From positions 248,001 through 312,000 of the forward strand of contig JAAOMT010000762.1 of assembly GCA_016748015.1 (NCBI GenBank): DNA of 64,000 nucleotides. The letters are read 5' to 3'. The position numbers and the translations under genes are program-made. Below, piece by piece: positions 1-13,400 of this stretch (position 1 is its first letter; every line of letters starts with the position of its first letter). The notes under the pieces are model-generated. The model made no database searches, was not told where the DNA came from, and worked only from the letters and a program-made list of their open reading frames with translations. The stretch comes from Geosiphon pyriformis uo1 (taxonomy: Eukaryota > Fungi > Glomeromycota).

Positions 1-504
1 TATCTAAAACTGTTGTCAAGCTGCAATTAACTATGTTGACAATATCATAATACTTTTTGTCATACTGTTGTAATAAACATATAGTATTATATTGAGCAAT
101 TGTTAATTCTTTTTTTGCTCCTATTTTGTTTTAATAAAAACAACGAAAAAATTTTATATGCATATTATATTTCATTTTTATAAAAAAACGAATATGAATA
201 AAATCAATTATGCATATTACAAAAAAACATTATATACATGTGTTTAAAAAATAAAAATGCATAATTAAATAATTAACTAACTTAATTTAGTAATAAACTC
301 ATGCTTTTCTAATTATTTAGGCATGTAAAATATTACTCCAAAGTTTGTTCAAAAACTTTTGGACACTTTCTGTACAACACATAAAATACAAGAATCATAC
401 AGACAGGGATTTTGAGTTTTGTTAATATTTTTTTTATTTTAGTAATATAAAATATAAGATGTATCAAGGAATATGTAACAAATATAGATAGAAAGAAATT
501 GATT

Positions 505-800
505 CTTATCTATTTGTTTGTCTTTTTATCTTCTATAACTATTCTCTTTTATACATTTTTTTTAGTTTTATAAGACTGTTTTTGATTGTTTTGTTATTGC
601 TAATTATTGTTTGTTATTTCTGTTATTGCTTTATTTTTCTATGTTATTACTAGTTATTTTTATTATTTTGTGCTATATTATATTATCATATTTTATATTG
701 TGTTATTCTGAATTATTATGTATTATTCTGTGTTTATTTGTATTATCTTGTATTATCACATTTTTGATTATGTTTCTTTATAACTTAAATTGGTTTTTCT
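505..800. repeat. ~300-bp diverged direct repeat, second copy at ~3395-3690
   Basis: Shared blocks such as tttttagtttataaga-t-tttttgatt and ttgctttattttt, and (tattat/tgtgt)-type low-complexity runs in both copies. Confidence 0.6.
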
Positions 801-839
801 ACTCAAGTAACAATGGTCTGTTGATAGATTGTGTTTGAT

Positions 840-2721
840 TTCCACTGGTGTTTTGTTATCTTTAATTATAGTCAATGACTTAAAGTCTGAGGTGACTATA
901 TATTGGAGCTTAATACTAAAGTATTATTTGTGTTATTGCTTATAGAGACTGATAATAAATTGAGGATGGTTGAAATAAGTACTATTGTTGTGGGTATTAT
1001 AGTAAAAAATATTAGACTCCTATGATTTAAAGATATCTTAGCTGTAATTAATATTGACTTTCTTAGCTTTGATTAACTAATTTTTTTTTGCAATCTTTTG
1101 TAATGTGTTTGGGTTTCTCATAATAATAATAAATACAGAAATCTGATCTCTAAGATTGTTGTTGTTGTTAATAATTGCTAAAGTTATTTCTTTGTTGTGG
1201 CAATTGATACATCTTAGAGTTTTTTGCTAAGAATTTTTTAATTTTCTGAGTTAATTTTTTACTTAATTAGATAAACTTGGCATCAATATCTAATGTTTTG
1301 TTTATGACTAAGTTGATAGCTTGAATATAATTGGCTTTTTGTTCTACTGATTTAAAGTTATAGACAAGTATTATAGTTTCTTATAAGCTATTAGGATAAT
1401 AAAATCTGCTAAATTGAAAAATACTACTCCTTAGTTTTTTAATAAATTGGTTGAGAGTTTGTCCTGATGTATAATAATTTCTTTTAATTGTCTAAATTTG
1501 GTGAAGAATTTGATTAAATTGTTTAAGATAAGTAGTTACTGCTTTGTAATTTTTTTGTTTTATTATATTAAATTAATTTTGTAATCTAATGAGCATATCG
1601 GAGTTACAGAAATATTATAAAAAGATAAATTTAAAAACAGCAAAGTCAACTAGTTTTTTCTTAAGACTTTAGTACCATAAATCTGCAGTTTTTTTCAAAA
1701 AAAAATAATGGCTTGAATTGTTTTGGCTTTGTTCTAATTATTGGCTCTAATTATTTTTTTGGCTTTTGCAATTCAGATATACATGTTTTTTTCTTTACTG
1801 AAGAATTTTTCCAATTTGCTAATATCTTTATAAGCCATAATTTAAGTAATAAGAATTGGTTTAATTGTTAACAAAAAGGATATTAACAAAAATAGATCTG
1901 GTTGCTTTGTTGTATTTATAACTAGTTATTTTTCTTTATTAATATGGCCAATAAGTTGTAGAAAAACTGTTCTGTCTAAAAGTATAGTGGTTAATTTATT
2001 TAGAGATAATATTAATGATTGTATTTAAAAAAAAGTGCTTCTGCTGGATTTACTAACTGCTAAAGTAAAGATATTTAAACAATAATCTGTATTCACTTAG
2101 AGATTTAGTTCAAAAATTTTGGTTATAATTTCAAGAATACAGGATTCCAGAAGTTCTTAGAGTTTTAGATTGTGTTTCTGTAAATTAATTAAATAAGATT
2201 TTGCTTTCAGATGTCTGATAATATAAGAAAGTAGTTGGCAAAAAAAATTTTGATTTCTTGTTAACTGTGGGTTGAATTTTTTTCTGTATAGCTGGTGTAT
2301 TCTTGTTTTCAAATTCAGATTTTTCAAAGTTAGATTTTGGTAGTTGTCTTTTTTTTATTTGAAGGTACTGTTTGTTTGTGTATTTCTAAATTTTTTGATC
2401 AATTATTAAAAAGATTTTAATTATAGTCTAAGTGATAATTAAAGTTAAGTATGTTAGTAGTTTTTCATGAATTTGTTTTCTGAGTTATTTTGTGTCTATA
2501 GTTTGTTTTAATAAGTAGTTAACTTTGACATGTATATAGTAACAAAAATCACTTTCTGTAATAACAGTTTCTAGTAATATTTCTAACTCTTTTCTAAAGT
2601 GTTGAAATAATGCTCTTTTGTATAATAAGTGATTTTTTCTTATAGTTCTAATAGTTGCCACTTTGGTGAATTTCTGGAGTGTTTTATCTTTGTAGATTTT
2701 ATAACCTCACAAAAAATACCA
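840..2721 (-). mobile_element. Highly degenerate LTR retrotransposon internal region (gag-like remnant plus PBS)
   Basis: Decayed PBS cctcacaaaaaatacca at 2705-2721, abutting an LTR-like start at 2724. GTG GCA ...NHL N-terminus at 2661 resembles Gag of the intact elements. Decayed zinc knuckle near 1090-1130. No pol recognisable. Confidence 0.6.
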
Positions 2722-2723
2722 AA

Positions 2724-3350
2724 TATTACAAATAAACTTGGTAGAATATTGTTATAACATTTGGTGCTCTAAATTTGAATAAGAAAAGCATAAAAGTCTC
2801 TATTTTGAATACTTAAAATGAAGTATTGATATCAACCTCTTAAGATTTTTTACTAGTTTTATCTATAAAGTTTTTTGATTATAAGACACAAAAAAGTATT
2901 TGGTTGTTTGCAGCTTATATATGTAAACTATTTTTTTTAAGCTAGTCAAATATAGTTGTTAAGGTTGAACAGTGTTTTTTTGTCCTTTTAGTAAGCTAAC
3001 AAGATAATATTAATATTTAATTCTAAGAAAAACTTTTTTTTGTTACCAGGTTATTATGAAGTTTATTCCCAGACAGTCAATTTTTCAATATTGCTATTTT
3101 ACAAAAAAACAAAGAAAAGAAAGAAAATAAAATAAAAAATAAATATAAAATAAAAAAAATAATATTATTAATTACTGTAATTAAGAGTAATTGGTTTAAG
3201 TTGTTATTGTTTAAGGCAATTTTATGTTAAAAACATCTGGCCAGAAATGAAGATAAGAGAATAATTAATTCAGATTAAACACAAAAGTCATAGATTATGT
3301 ATAAATAAGTTTAGATTTTGAATATTTTTTTTATTTGAGTAATATAAGTA
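2724..3350 (-). repeat. Degenerate 5' LTR of the left-end element (right boundary approximate)
   Basis: Starts tattaca (decayed tgttaca) 2 nt after the PBS. Contains taacatttggtgctc (2755-2769) and an A-rich tract (~3105-3165) like the intact LTRs. Confidence 0.45.
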
Positions 3351-5159
3351 TATAGATAAGGTAAAATTAATAAATATGAGTAAAAGAAATATATTTTTTA
3401 TCTATTTCTGTTTGGTTTTTTTTATTGTTAAAACTATTTATTTTTATATATATTTTTAGTTTTATAAGATTATTTTTGATTACTTGTTATTATTAGCTAT
3501 TGTTTGCTATTTTTGTTGTTGCTTTATTTTTTTATATTTAGTTATTTTATATTACTGTGTATTATCTTATATTATCTTGAATTATAATGTGTTATTTTGT
3601 GTTATTTTATATTATTATATTTTTCTAAGTTACCACATTTTTTATTTACATTTTTTTTAATATTTTTCAGATTGGTTTTTTTATTTGGATAACAGTATTG
3701 TTTTAAATATTAAAAAACAAGCCATTTGATAATAAACTGTAAAATTTTTCTGTTTTCTTTTTCCAAGACTTTTAAAATATTCAAACTATATTTTGTAAGT
3801 AATGTTTTTTATGTTAAGATTTTTGCTCTTTTAGATTTTTCTGGATTTTTTCTTTTGTTGGCTTTTGTTTTTTTTTTGTGGTTGTTAATAATCTTTTAAT
3901 TTTTTCTTGGCTGGCATCTCTTGAATCTGACTTGGTTAAGTTATTAGCTTTGATTAGATTAATTATTAAGCTTGTTAATACATTGGTTATTGTATTTAAA
4001 CAGTTTGTCAAAGATGATTTTGCATTAAGTAGTGTTCTCAGTTTTAAAATCAATAAGATTTTAGTATATATGAATATTTTTAACAAAATTGTAAGTAAAT
4101 TAAAATAAAATATAAATACAATTATACAAACATTGACATATTTGGTCTTTATATAAGTTTGTTTATTATTAATAATAATATGTTTTCTAATTTATTGTTA
4201 TTTTAAGAACATAAACCAGCTAATGTTAAGTCTAATGCTTTTAAGATAACTTGTTAATTGGTAAAATTGGTTTTTAATAGTGCTATTTTATTTGAAATTA
4301 TTCAAAAAATGTTTTCTTTGAATAAGTTTTTTTTTAAAATATTAACATATTGTGTTTTTAATTGGTTCAAGTAATTAGTGCTACAAGAGTGTTTTTTTAG
4401 TATATTTTAATTGTTGATTTCCTGTTTTAATTGCAATTAGTCTCTCGTGAGTTCTTTAATTTTATGTATTAGATATTAATGATAATGTACTGAAGGTTTT
4501 CTTTTGATGTTGTGATGTAAGTTTTCTCTTTAATTCTAGTTGTCTTTGTATATTATGTACTCTTTCTCAGAGGCTAATCTAAAATCTACTCACTGTCTGG
4601 GGTTTTCTCTGAAGCTATTTTTGCAATTATCTAATGTGTTTCTCTAATCTAGAAACATAGAATATTAATGGTTTTTTCACAATTTCTCTAAGTATATAAT
4701 AAAGCTTTTTTAATTTAATTAGTAACCATGTGAATAATTTTGATCAGGGATTATTCTTCCAAAGAGTTCAGAGATGGAATAATAATTTCATTTGCTAGAG
4801 AAAATATGTGAATTCTATTGTTAATTTCGTAATTGTGATGTTCATTCAATTTATTATTTTTATTAATTCTTTTTGAATAAGATTTTATTAAAGCTGTTCT
4901 ATTTTTTATCATTAAAAACTATTGTATATATATAATTATTGTTTTACAAAATAATGTCTTGTAATACTTTATTTCTGTTATTTCTAAATAGTGTTTGCTG
5001 CTTTTGCATGATAGTGCTTGCTACTATTATAAAATAGTGCTTGCTATTATTTGTAAATTATTTCTTTTTATAAATTGTTGTTGTGCTATTTTATGATTGG
5101 CTAATTTATATTATTTATAATTCTTATTAAATTTTTGAACTGTAACACTGGTTACATGT

Positions 5160-6850
5160 AGAAAAAACATGAATTGTATTTAGTTAGAATTCTTAGTTTT
5201 GGTTTTGTATACTAAATAGTAATTGGGCTGTACTTGTTAAATTTTAATAATAAAAAAATTTATATTTATATATTTGAATTTAAAAAAAAACATTTTTAAA
5301 AATTTTAAATTAAAATAAATTTTATTAAATAAATGATTTTTAATGAGCAATATTTTATTTAAAACAATTTAAAATATTCTTAAATTCATTGATTAAAAGA
5401 ATTTTTAATTATAAGAAATGTGGTTAAAATTTGAATTAATTAAGTTTATTTTTTGAAAATATGTTTGTTTATTATAAATAGTCTTTAAAATTACATGTTA
5501 TTTAAAATTTTTTTGTTATAATATTTTTAAATTGTTTTTAATACAATATTTATACTTAATATTTGTAAAACTAATATTTTTTTTTGGATTTAAGTTATTA
5601 AGTAATAAAATATTTAATAATATTATTAAATAGCTTATAATTATATTTAGTATTATAAATTATTAAATATTAATATTTATCAGTTTTAAGTAATTATCTA
5701 TATATAATAAAAAACAATTTATTAATTAAGTTGCTGTTTTTTGTTGTTAATTTTCTAATACAAGTTTTTTAAAAGCATTATATTTATTTTTTTAATTATA
5801 TTTAAAAGTAATATAAATATTATTAATAGCAAAATATTATTTTGTAATTATATATTTTTAAAAATATATAAAAATATTAAAACTTTATATTTTTATTTTA
5901 TAAAAGCTGTATAATGTTTTTGAAAATAGTAATATTATAATATTATAAAAAGATATAATTACTTGTAAAATCAAAAAAAACTTATTAAGTTTATTTTAGA
6001 GCTTTTTGATTATAAATTTATTAATATGTTCTTTAAATATAATTAAATATAAAACTATACATAAATAATATTACACATTAGAAGTAAATTAATTTAGCAA
6101 AAAAAGTAAGTTGATTTAATAATTCTTTATATATATTTTGTTTACTATTATTTTAAAACAATTACTACTTTTTTTATATTAATTTATATTTAAAATAAAT
6201 ATTATTAAATTTTTTTAAACATAAAACTTAATAAAAATTCTGTTTACTTAAAACAAATTTATTTAATTAATTTTTTTAAAAAATATTAATAATAATATTA
6301 TCTCAAAATTAAATTAAAAAAACAAATATTTTTGATAAATTTTTAAATATTAAACTTTATATAATTGAAGTTTTTTTAACTTAATTTTATTGTAATCTTT
6401 GTTCAGATTTTTGATTTTTAATACTATTACAAATTTTGTAAAAAGTTTATTAAAAAACTATATTTAAAAAAATCTTGAAAATATTTGTTTTAATTTTATT
6501 AAATTATAAAAAAACTGTTATAAAATTAAATTTTACAAGTAAACAGAATTCAAATCTCATTAAAAGAATAAAAAATATAAATATTTCTAATTGAATTGCA
6601 TTAAAAAAAGTTTATTTGGATAAAATAACAAATAAAATCAAAAAATTCAAAGTTTTTATAAACATTAAATGGTTTAAAACCACATTTTATTAAAAGTTTA
6701 CAAGATTTCAAAATGTTATACAAAATTAAAAAAGTGGTCAAAACAAAAAGTTTAAGTTTTGAAAAAAAATAAGAAAGATTAAATAAAATTAAAAAATAAG
6801 AAATGGTAATAAAGCTAAAGAACTTAAATCAGGAATAAAACTTTGGTAAA
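5160..6850. other. Extremely AT-rich non-coding tract (similar tracts 9450-10477, 17220-17774, 24514-25053, 53343-53888, 60641-61484)
   Basis: Almost devoid of G/C by inspection, with no ORFs in the track. Confidence 0.8.
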
Positions 6851-7106
6851 AGCAATTTTGTTTCAGAATAAAGTTATTTTACTTAAAGTGCTTTGGGCGA
6901 CAAATTTTGGTGGAAGAAAAGTTTATAAGCCGGCTAAGGCTTAAATTTTCAGGTGGTGGTTCATCTCTACATTAAATTTCTGAAAATCCAGAGGTCAAAC
7001 GAGTGAAAGAGGATGATTTTTCAATTTTCGAGAATATTGTAGGTTAATTTTGGATCTTTGGGTAGACGAGGTTCATTAAAAGGCTAAGCTTTAATACGTT
7101 TTTGGC

Positions 7107-8576
7107 TCATCCTTTATTGTGAAAAGTTTTTTCTGTAGATTGATGAACCATGATTTCTTCAAATGTGCCTTTGGGCCACCAAATTGGGATAAAAGGCTTC
7201 ATATTGTAATATCCACCATGTCCATCAGAGACAATTAGGGTATCCTTATTAACAAATTCTAATTTTATCATGGCTAAACCAATATTGTGACGAAAGGAAC
7301 AAATGAACCCACGCTTATGCCTAAGACTCCCATCTTGAAGAATATCGGTGAATGGAGGTGGAGGAGGAAGGTTTATAAGCCGGTTAAGGCTTAATTTTTC
7401 TGGTGGTGGTTCGTCGGATCGATAAAATTGAACGGGTAAGATGCGCCTTCTTGTAACACCGGTATGATAAGTACGAAATGTAAGTTCTTGACCTATGTAA
7501 CAACCTTTTCGAAAGTCGACTATTGTGATAAAATGTTAAATTAATTATCGGTTTTGTGATAGGAGAATAAAATTTTTAATCCCACTTACTTCCACCCATG
7601 TAATCAAGGTTTGCCTGTAAGGAAATAACGTTTCCTGGTGGGAAATCTTCTACTCCTTCAGGTATACCATGTAGTATCCTTCTAATTGTATATTCATCTG
7701 AAGGTAGTTCGGTAAAACTGTCAGGGAGGATTGCTTTATAATGTTTAAGGAAATTAGTTATTGATAACAAAGAAGTAGTTTCAATATAAAAATTAAAATC
7801 TTTTTACGTTTAGAATTCGCGGGAAGAATCTTTCTAATTCCCATTTCTTTATACCGATGATCAATAATGGCAAAATCTAACAAGTCCGGAATCTTTTTTA
7901 ATAAATCCTTCCCCCATATATTCCAGATTCCATAGTCTTGAGAGATATTTTTGATTTCGACTTTTGATCTAAGCATATATCTCGTAAAATGCTTTCTCAG
8001 TGATTTTACGATGCGTGAGTCACATTCTACTAAATATGTTGGAGGAAAATCTTGGATTTGTTTTAAATATATGAAGGCGTCAAAGAGGATGCGTCCCTAT
8101 AAATAGAAGATTTTAATTAAGCGATAAATTTCAACTTCGAAAATTCTCATAAAGGAACTTACCGCTGGATCGAGAAAAGCAGTGTAAAACCCTTGCATGG
8201 AAGTGGAATTCAACGACAAAATGTTATTTGTAACAAGTCCTTGCAAAAATTTCGGCGTTTCTTCACCTGAGAGTTCCAGAAGGGCTCTATTGGGTACCTG
8301 GGCATAATGATCGCCTTGGTGGAGAGAATCTTCCTCTTCGTTTGATTTCTGTACTTTGTTGGGAAGTACCTCTCCCTGTAAGCCCTGACTTGAGGTCAAG
8401 ATTGTACGAAAGGTATTAAACAAACGCGTTTGTTTTGAAAAGACTCTCAGTACCGCTTGATGATTGTCTCTGCCTATTGTAAGTTTGAGAAGTAAGATAT
8501 ATTTTATAAAAAGAAGTCCTCAAGAGCGGGTGCACTTACACAAAATTGGGCTCAAAAGTAGACTCAACTTGTACAT
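7107..8576 (-). CDS. IBA57: Mitochondrial Fe-S cluster assembly factor IBA57/CAF17 (YgfZ/GcvT family), 5 exons, ~397 aa
   Basis: Exons 8576-8540, 8473-8163, 8096-7808, 7733-7590 and 7519-7107, joined by GT-AG introns of 66, 66, 74 and 70 nt, give one 1194-nt frame. Motifs: RALLELSGEETPKFLQGLVTNN, GRILFDAFIY and the signature IDFRKGCYIGQELT. R/S/L-rich N-terminus resembles a mitochondrial presequence. Confidence 0.93.
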
Positions 8577-8680
8577 AATGGCAAGATCTTAGTCATAATT
8601 GTGGTAGTAATCATTCTTCATATTTAATAAGTGAAACAAATGTAACTATATTATCAAAAACCTTATTGGAAAGTTCAGGA

Positions 8681-9395
8681 TCAATAATGCTTTACTAAAA
8701 TGCCATCAACCTTGTAAATTATACCGTTAGTGGTCTCTATTTGCTCCCCTACGTTCACCTCATTATTTAATATATATTTATTCCCCACTTTCTTGATTTG
8801 AATTTTAGTTGAATTTGAAAGAGTGACCAACTCCTCACCATCTTTCAATAGAGTTAAAGATTTGGGGACTATGTGCCCCAAAACAAATTGATGAAGCTTC
8901 TCCTCTGGTTCATCTGATATTTTATCTTCAATAAAAGAATCCAACCTTACCGAAAAATTTCGCAACACAGAGTTAGTCGGGGCGAATAGGGTAAGCCTTT
9001 GCTCTGGATCGTCAAGTTTCTCTAGCTTTGAGTTGATAAAAAGATCAAGTTATTCAAGAACTATTGGATTGACGCTATTTTTCCTTTAAAAGAAAATTTT
9101 TGATATTTACAATATCAGGAAAAGTGCGGAGAGAATCCGTAAAAATTGTAAGGTCTTTTTCTATGGGTAATATATCCTCAAGTGTTTGTGGTCCCATGTC
9201 ATTCAAATAAGAATAGTCGGTTTTCTCATAAGGATGTACGTTTAGTACAGAGAGGTCTAAAGGCGCTTTTTTCTTACTAGAAGACATCGAGCTGCGAAAC
9301 GTCTGAAAATTAACACGTTCGCTAACACAACTTTTCAACAGAAAAAAGAAAAGAAAAAAGCTACAAAGAAAAAATGCACTATAGCGAGAGAACAT
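8681..9395 (-). CDS. Secreted single-domain fasciclin (FAS1) protein, 2 exons, ~209 aa
   Basis: ATG at 9395, hydrophobic signal peptide (MFSRYSAFFLCSFFLFFFLLKSCVS), phase-0 GT-AG intron 9110-9026, FAS1 H1 motif LTLFAPTNS and H2-like NGIIYKVDGIL, TGA at 8681-8683. Confidence 0.88.
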
Positions 9396-9959
9396 CTTGA
9401 ATAAAGTTAACAATATGTTTGATTAACATGCAGAAATGACGATTGGTTTGAAAACCTATATTTTTTATATGTCATTTCTCTAATTATATGTCACCTTTAT
9501 TTGTCACATTAGAATAATTTTAAATATCATAAACCAAAATTTTTTACATTGTCATATACAGTATGTTACGAAAATCTTTGCATTCAATCATTTGTTGATT
9601 AATGATAAATTTAATAAAGAATACATTAAGTTAACTATAACATTCGGAAAATACATTTTTAAATTTTTTGCTTTAATAAAGTATTACTATTCATTTTATG
9701 TATAGAAAATACATAATTAGTTATCTAAGCTTATATTAATAAATATTACCTATTTTTTAAACCAAAAAAATTCAATGTTTTTATTTTATTTAGTAATTTT
9801 TTAATATTTATTTATTATAAATGTGTTTATATATCTTATTATTTTGTACGCTCCAATTTTAATACAGTATATTAAAATTTATTATAATTAATTAACTGTT
9901 TATATTATTATAAGTTAAGTAACAAGTTAATAAATAGCAAAAAGAAAGAATATTAAAAA

Positions 9960-10160
9960 TAATAAATAATTAAAAAAGAAATTTAATCAAAAGAACAAAT
10001 TAATCATAAAATCACAATTGTTTAATCTTTTCTAAAAAATTTAAAGATAAAAAAATAGTCTATAATTGTCAACAAAATAATACCACTGTTATTATTTTAT
10101 GTTTTACTTGGCAATTCTTAAAATTAATAACAGATATCATTGTGTTTTTCAATTATTTTT
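9960..10160 (-). repeat. Ghost (extremely AT-eroded) copy of the LTR at 32218-32839
   Basis: aaaaaatttaaagataaaaaaatagtctataattgtcaacaaaataat...ttatgtttta...aacagatat aligns with aaaaaatctaaaggtagagagataatctatactgtcaacaaataat...ctatgtctta...atcagatat (~32365-32470). Confidence 0.6.
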
Positions 10161-10477
10161 TTAATTTATAAAAAGTATAGTTTTTATTTATAATATTATT
10201 TTGTTTAAAAAGATTAAACTTTAATAAAATTAGATTATTTAAAAAAATATTCTATTTAAAAAATGGTATTTAACTTAAAACTAATTAGCTTGATAAAATT
10301 TTTTGTTAATAAAGTATATAAAATTTAAGGTAAAATAAGTTTTATATTCAAAAAACCAAATTTTTGTATATGAGTTTTGGCTTTTTTAACAATAATTAAA
10401 ACTTTAAAAACATTAACTATATAATATTTAAAATTTTTACTTGTATTTTTAAAGTTGTTTTCTTTAAAAGTTTTATG

Positions 10478-13400
10478 TTTTTTTTTTTATTTATTTATTT
10501 AATGAGTGAAGTCCAAACGCAACCTAGTACTATATATCATACAAATAATCTAAATTAGGAGCGAATCATGTGTTTTCTACATGTGACCAGCCATTCAGAC
10601 CAATCAAAACAACATTACACACCTATATGAACAGAAACTAAGTCCCCAATACCCGAGAAAAATAAACATGGATTACAAAACCCGAAACTTACACCAAATA
10701 CTTCAACAATACTCAGCAACCTAACCATACCAGTCAAAAATAACATGAATAAACCAGAAATTAAGGTAGGAATAGAACTATCATGTAGAATTAGCCCATT
10801 TTTTTCCATAAAAGCCTGGTGTTTGGCATGAACCAACCAAATATTTTCTCTGAATGTGAGACAAAACTCATGAATGAAGTCCACAACTTTCAACATTGCA
10901 ATCTTAAGATCTCTAAAAACAGAAACAGACTTATGATACCAATTATTGAAAACAAAGCCTTTGCATAAAGCCAAACCAATTGCAACATCAGAAACACAGA
11001 TATGCAGCAACTGCAAAACACATAAAGAAGACTGAAATAAACTCGAACGAAACTCCCAAACAGACACATAAGTATCTAACAACCAAGCATGACCTGCAAC
11101 ATCAAACAGACAACAAAAAACATGGTCGGAAATCTCAATGTCATTACAGAATAAACAAACCACACTGGGATAACACTTATCATACAAACATTTGCACATA
11201 GCAACTGGAAGCCAATAATGAAGAGCCTTCATAAAGTAAGTACGAAGGTCAGCAGTTTGCATACTAATGAAACCAGTAGCCAAATGAGAATCTATGTGTT
11301 ATATCATAGAGGACTTCAACCAATTAATATCAGCATGCAAATTATTTAGCATAACCTGAGAGCCTGACCCAACCTCCTAGCATGCACAATGAACAGACTG
11401 GAAAACATCACAAACAAAGTGTCTAGAATTACTAGAAACTGCAGTACTACCAGCTCTCAAAAATTTTTCACTGGTTAAATAGAGCAGTTGCCAGGCAGAG
11501 AATATGACATTCTTAGCAAGTGCATCAGTGCACTCATTGCCTGAGACACCCAAATGTCCTCTAACTTTAATCCAATTCACATTTAAATTTTTGTGACAAA
11601 TGACATCAGTAATGTGGCAATACTCAATCCAACACCAGTTTCTGAAATCTGGACAAATCAAAAAGAATTCCAATTTGCATGCATCCAGAGCAGTCTGGCT
11701 GTCTGAAAATAAGTCAACTGACCAAAAAAAAGGAACACACTCAAGAGCTAAAGCAATGGCCTGCAGCTTTGTCAGAGTAGAAAAAACCAGACCAGATACT
11801 TTCACACTTAGACCCAAGTTAATGTCCTGAAAAAAAACTGCAGCACTAGCCTTTATATTAATAATATCCAAACCACACAGAGACCCATTCATATATACAG
11901 AAAGACAGGCTGCATTAACAGTCAACAGATCATTACAAATAACACCAAAACCATAAGACTGACGAATATCAGAGACAGCACCACTATTCATAAGTGAAAA
12001 GCACCCAGAAAAAAGAACATCACTCCCAAGAAAGCAAACAGAGAAATCAAACCAGAATAGAACTGGGCCATGGGGGTCCAGCCTTTTTCAATGCTTGAAG
12101 GTTTTCCAATCAAAAATGCCACCATTTCAGTCTCGCAGCTGCTTTATGAAAGTAATTCTATAACGTTTGAGTGATGAGACACATTTGAAAAAATATGGCT
12201 CACCAAAAACCATAAACATAGAAGTACCACCCTGAAAGTGAAAAGCACAGGCCAAAAAGTTGCCCAAAAACAAATCACACCCAGAAAAAATACGAACCAT
12301 ACTGGCCAAAAAGTTATTTGAAGAGTTTATACCAACACAAGCTGGAAACAACAAAGGGTAATGAGAATACCAACTAAGAATCTGAAGATCATAAGACCTA
12401 TGAGAAAATAAATGACCCAAAATACCAACTGAATTTGCAAAATTGATAATGGATACTGATTTACTCTCAGCTTGAATCTGTTCAAAAGTCTTTAAATTGT
12501 ACAAAGAAGAATGATAAAGCACATTATTGGGAAAATCAAACAGCAGTCCCAATTTTGACTTTAGGTCTTTGCATATCAGAGCATCCCATTTATTACACAC
12601 ACTATTAGGAATAAAACTAAACTGGGTCTTATAGCTAATGATGAGAAACAGAACTGCAGACACCAAATATGCAAACTGTTTATCCAAAATCGCCTTCTTC
12701 AAAACAAGATTCACAAAAAACTGAATATCTAAATGAGTCTTAGCCAAGCTAGGCTTAGATAAACTCTTAGTCGACAAGAAAATACCCAAATAATGATGAG
12801 ATTCCTTCTTTTTTGTGATAGAAATAGGTAATTTACTGATAGCAAGATGGAAATTCATAATCTGACAATTGATAAGGATAGCCACTGTTTTGTTGTTATT
12901 TATGGAAATGTCATTAAACCTGAAAAATTCACTAGCAACATTAAGGATGTGTTGTGTAGCAGCCTGGCTGTTACCAACCCATATTGTGTCATCAATAAAA
13001 GCATCAGCAGCAAGAAATGAAGTCAATCCAGCCTAAGGATCCATTCAGCCAGTCTTAGAAATAAAATGAGAATTTAACCTGTAACCACAAACATTCTCCT
13101 GTCTCTTGACCTTATACAAGAGTGAATCATAGAATATGTACCAAAGGAGAGATGAGAAGACTTTCCTTTAGTCCAACCCATCATGAACATAATACCCATT
13201 AGTCAATCCGAAGTCTGTCATTACCCTATTAACATGATTATTGTGAATGCTACCAAAGAATCTTATAAACTTGTTACACATCTTGATTCTGACCAGACTC
13301 CTTCTGAGATGTTCTCAACCAACCAAATCATAAGCTTTATGCATGTCTTGTAAAACTAGCCAAAGTTCCCTGTTTTTTTCCAAGGCATCCTCAACAACAG

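Noticed and set aside
611-838. 75-aa hydrophobic ORF resembling a membrane peptide
   Set aside because: TTG start in T-rich low-complexity repeat DNA inside a decayed element. The second copy has no equivalent ORF.
5141-5156. Short inverted repeat tgtaac-actg-gttaca and ORF 3814-4086
   Set aside because: Possibly an LTR terminus and decayed TE coding sequence, but no partner LTR or domain could be identified.
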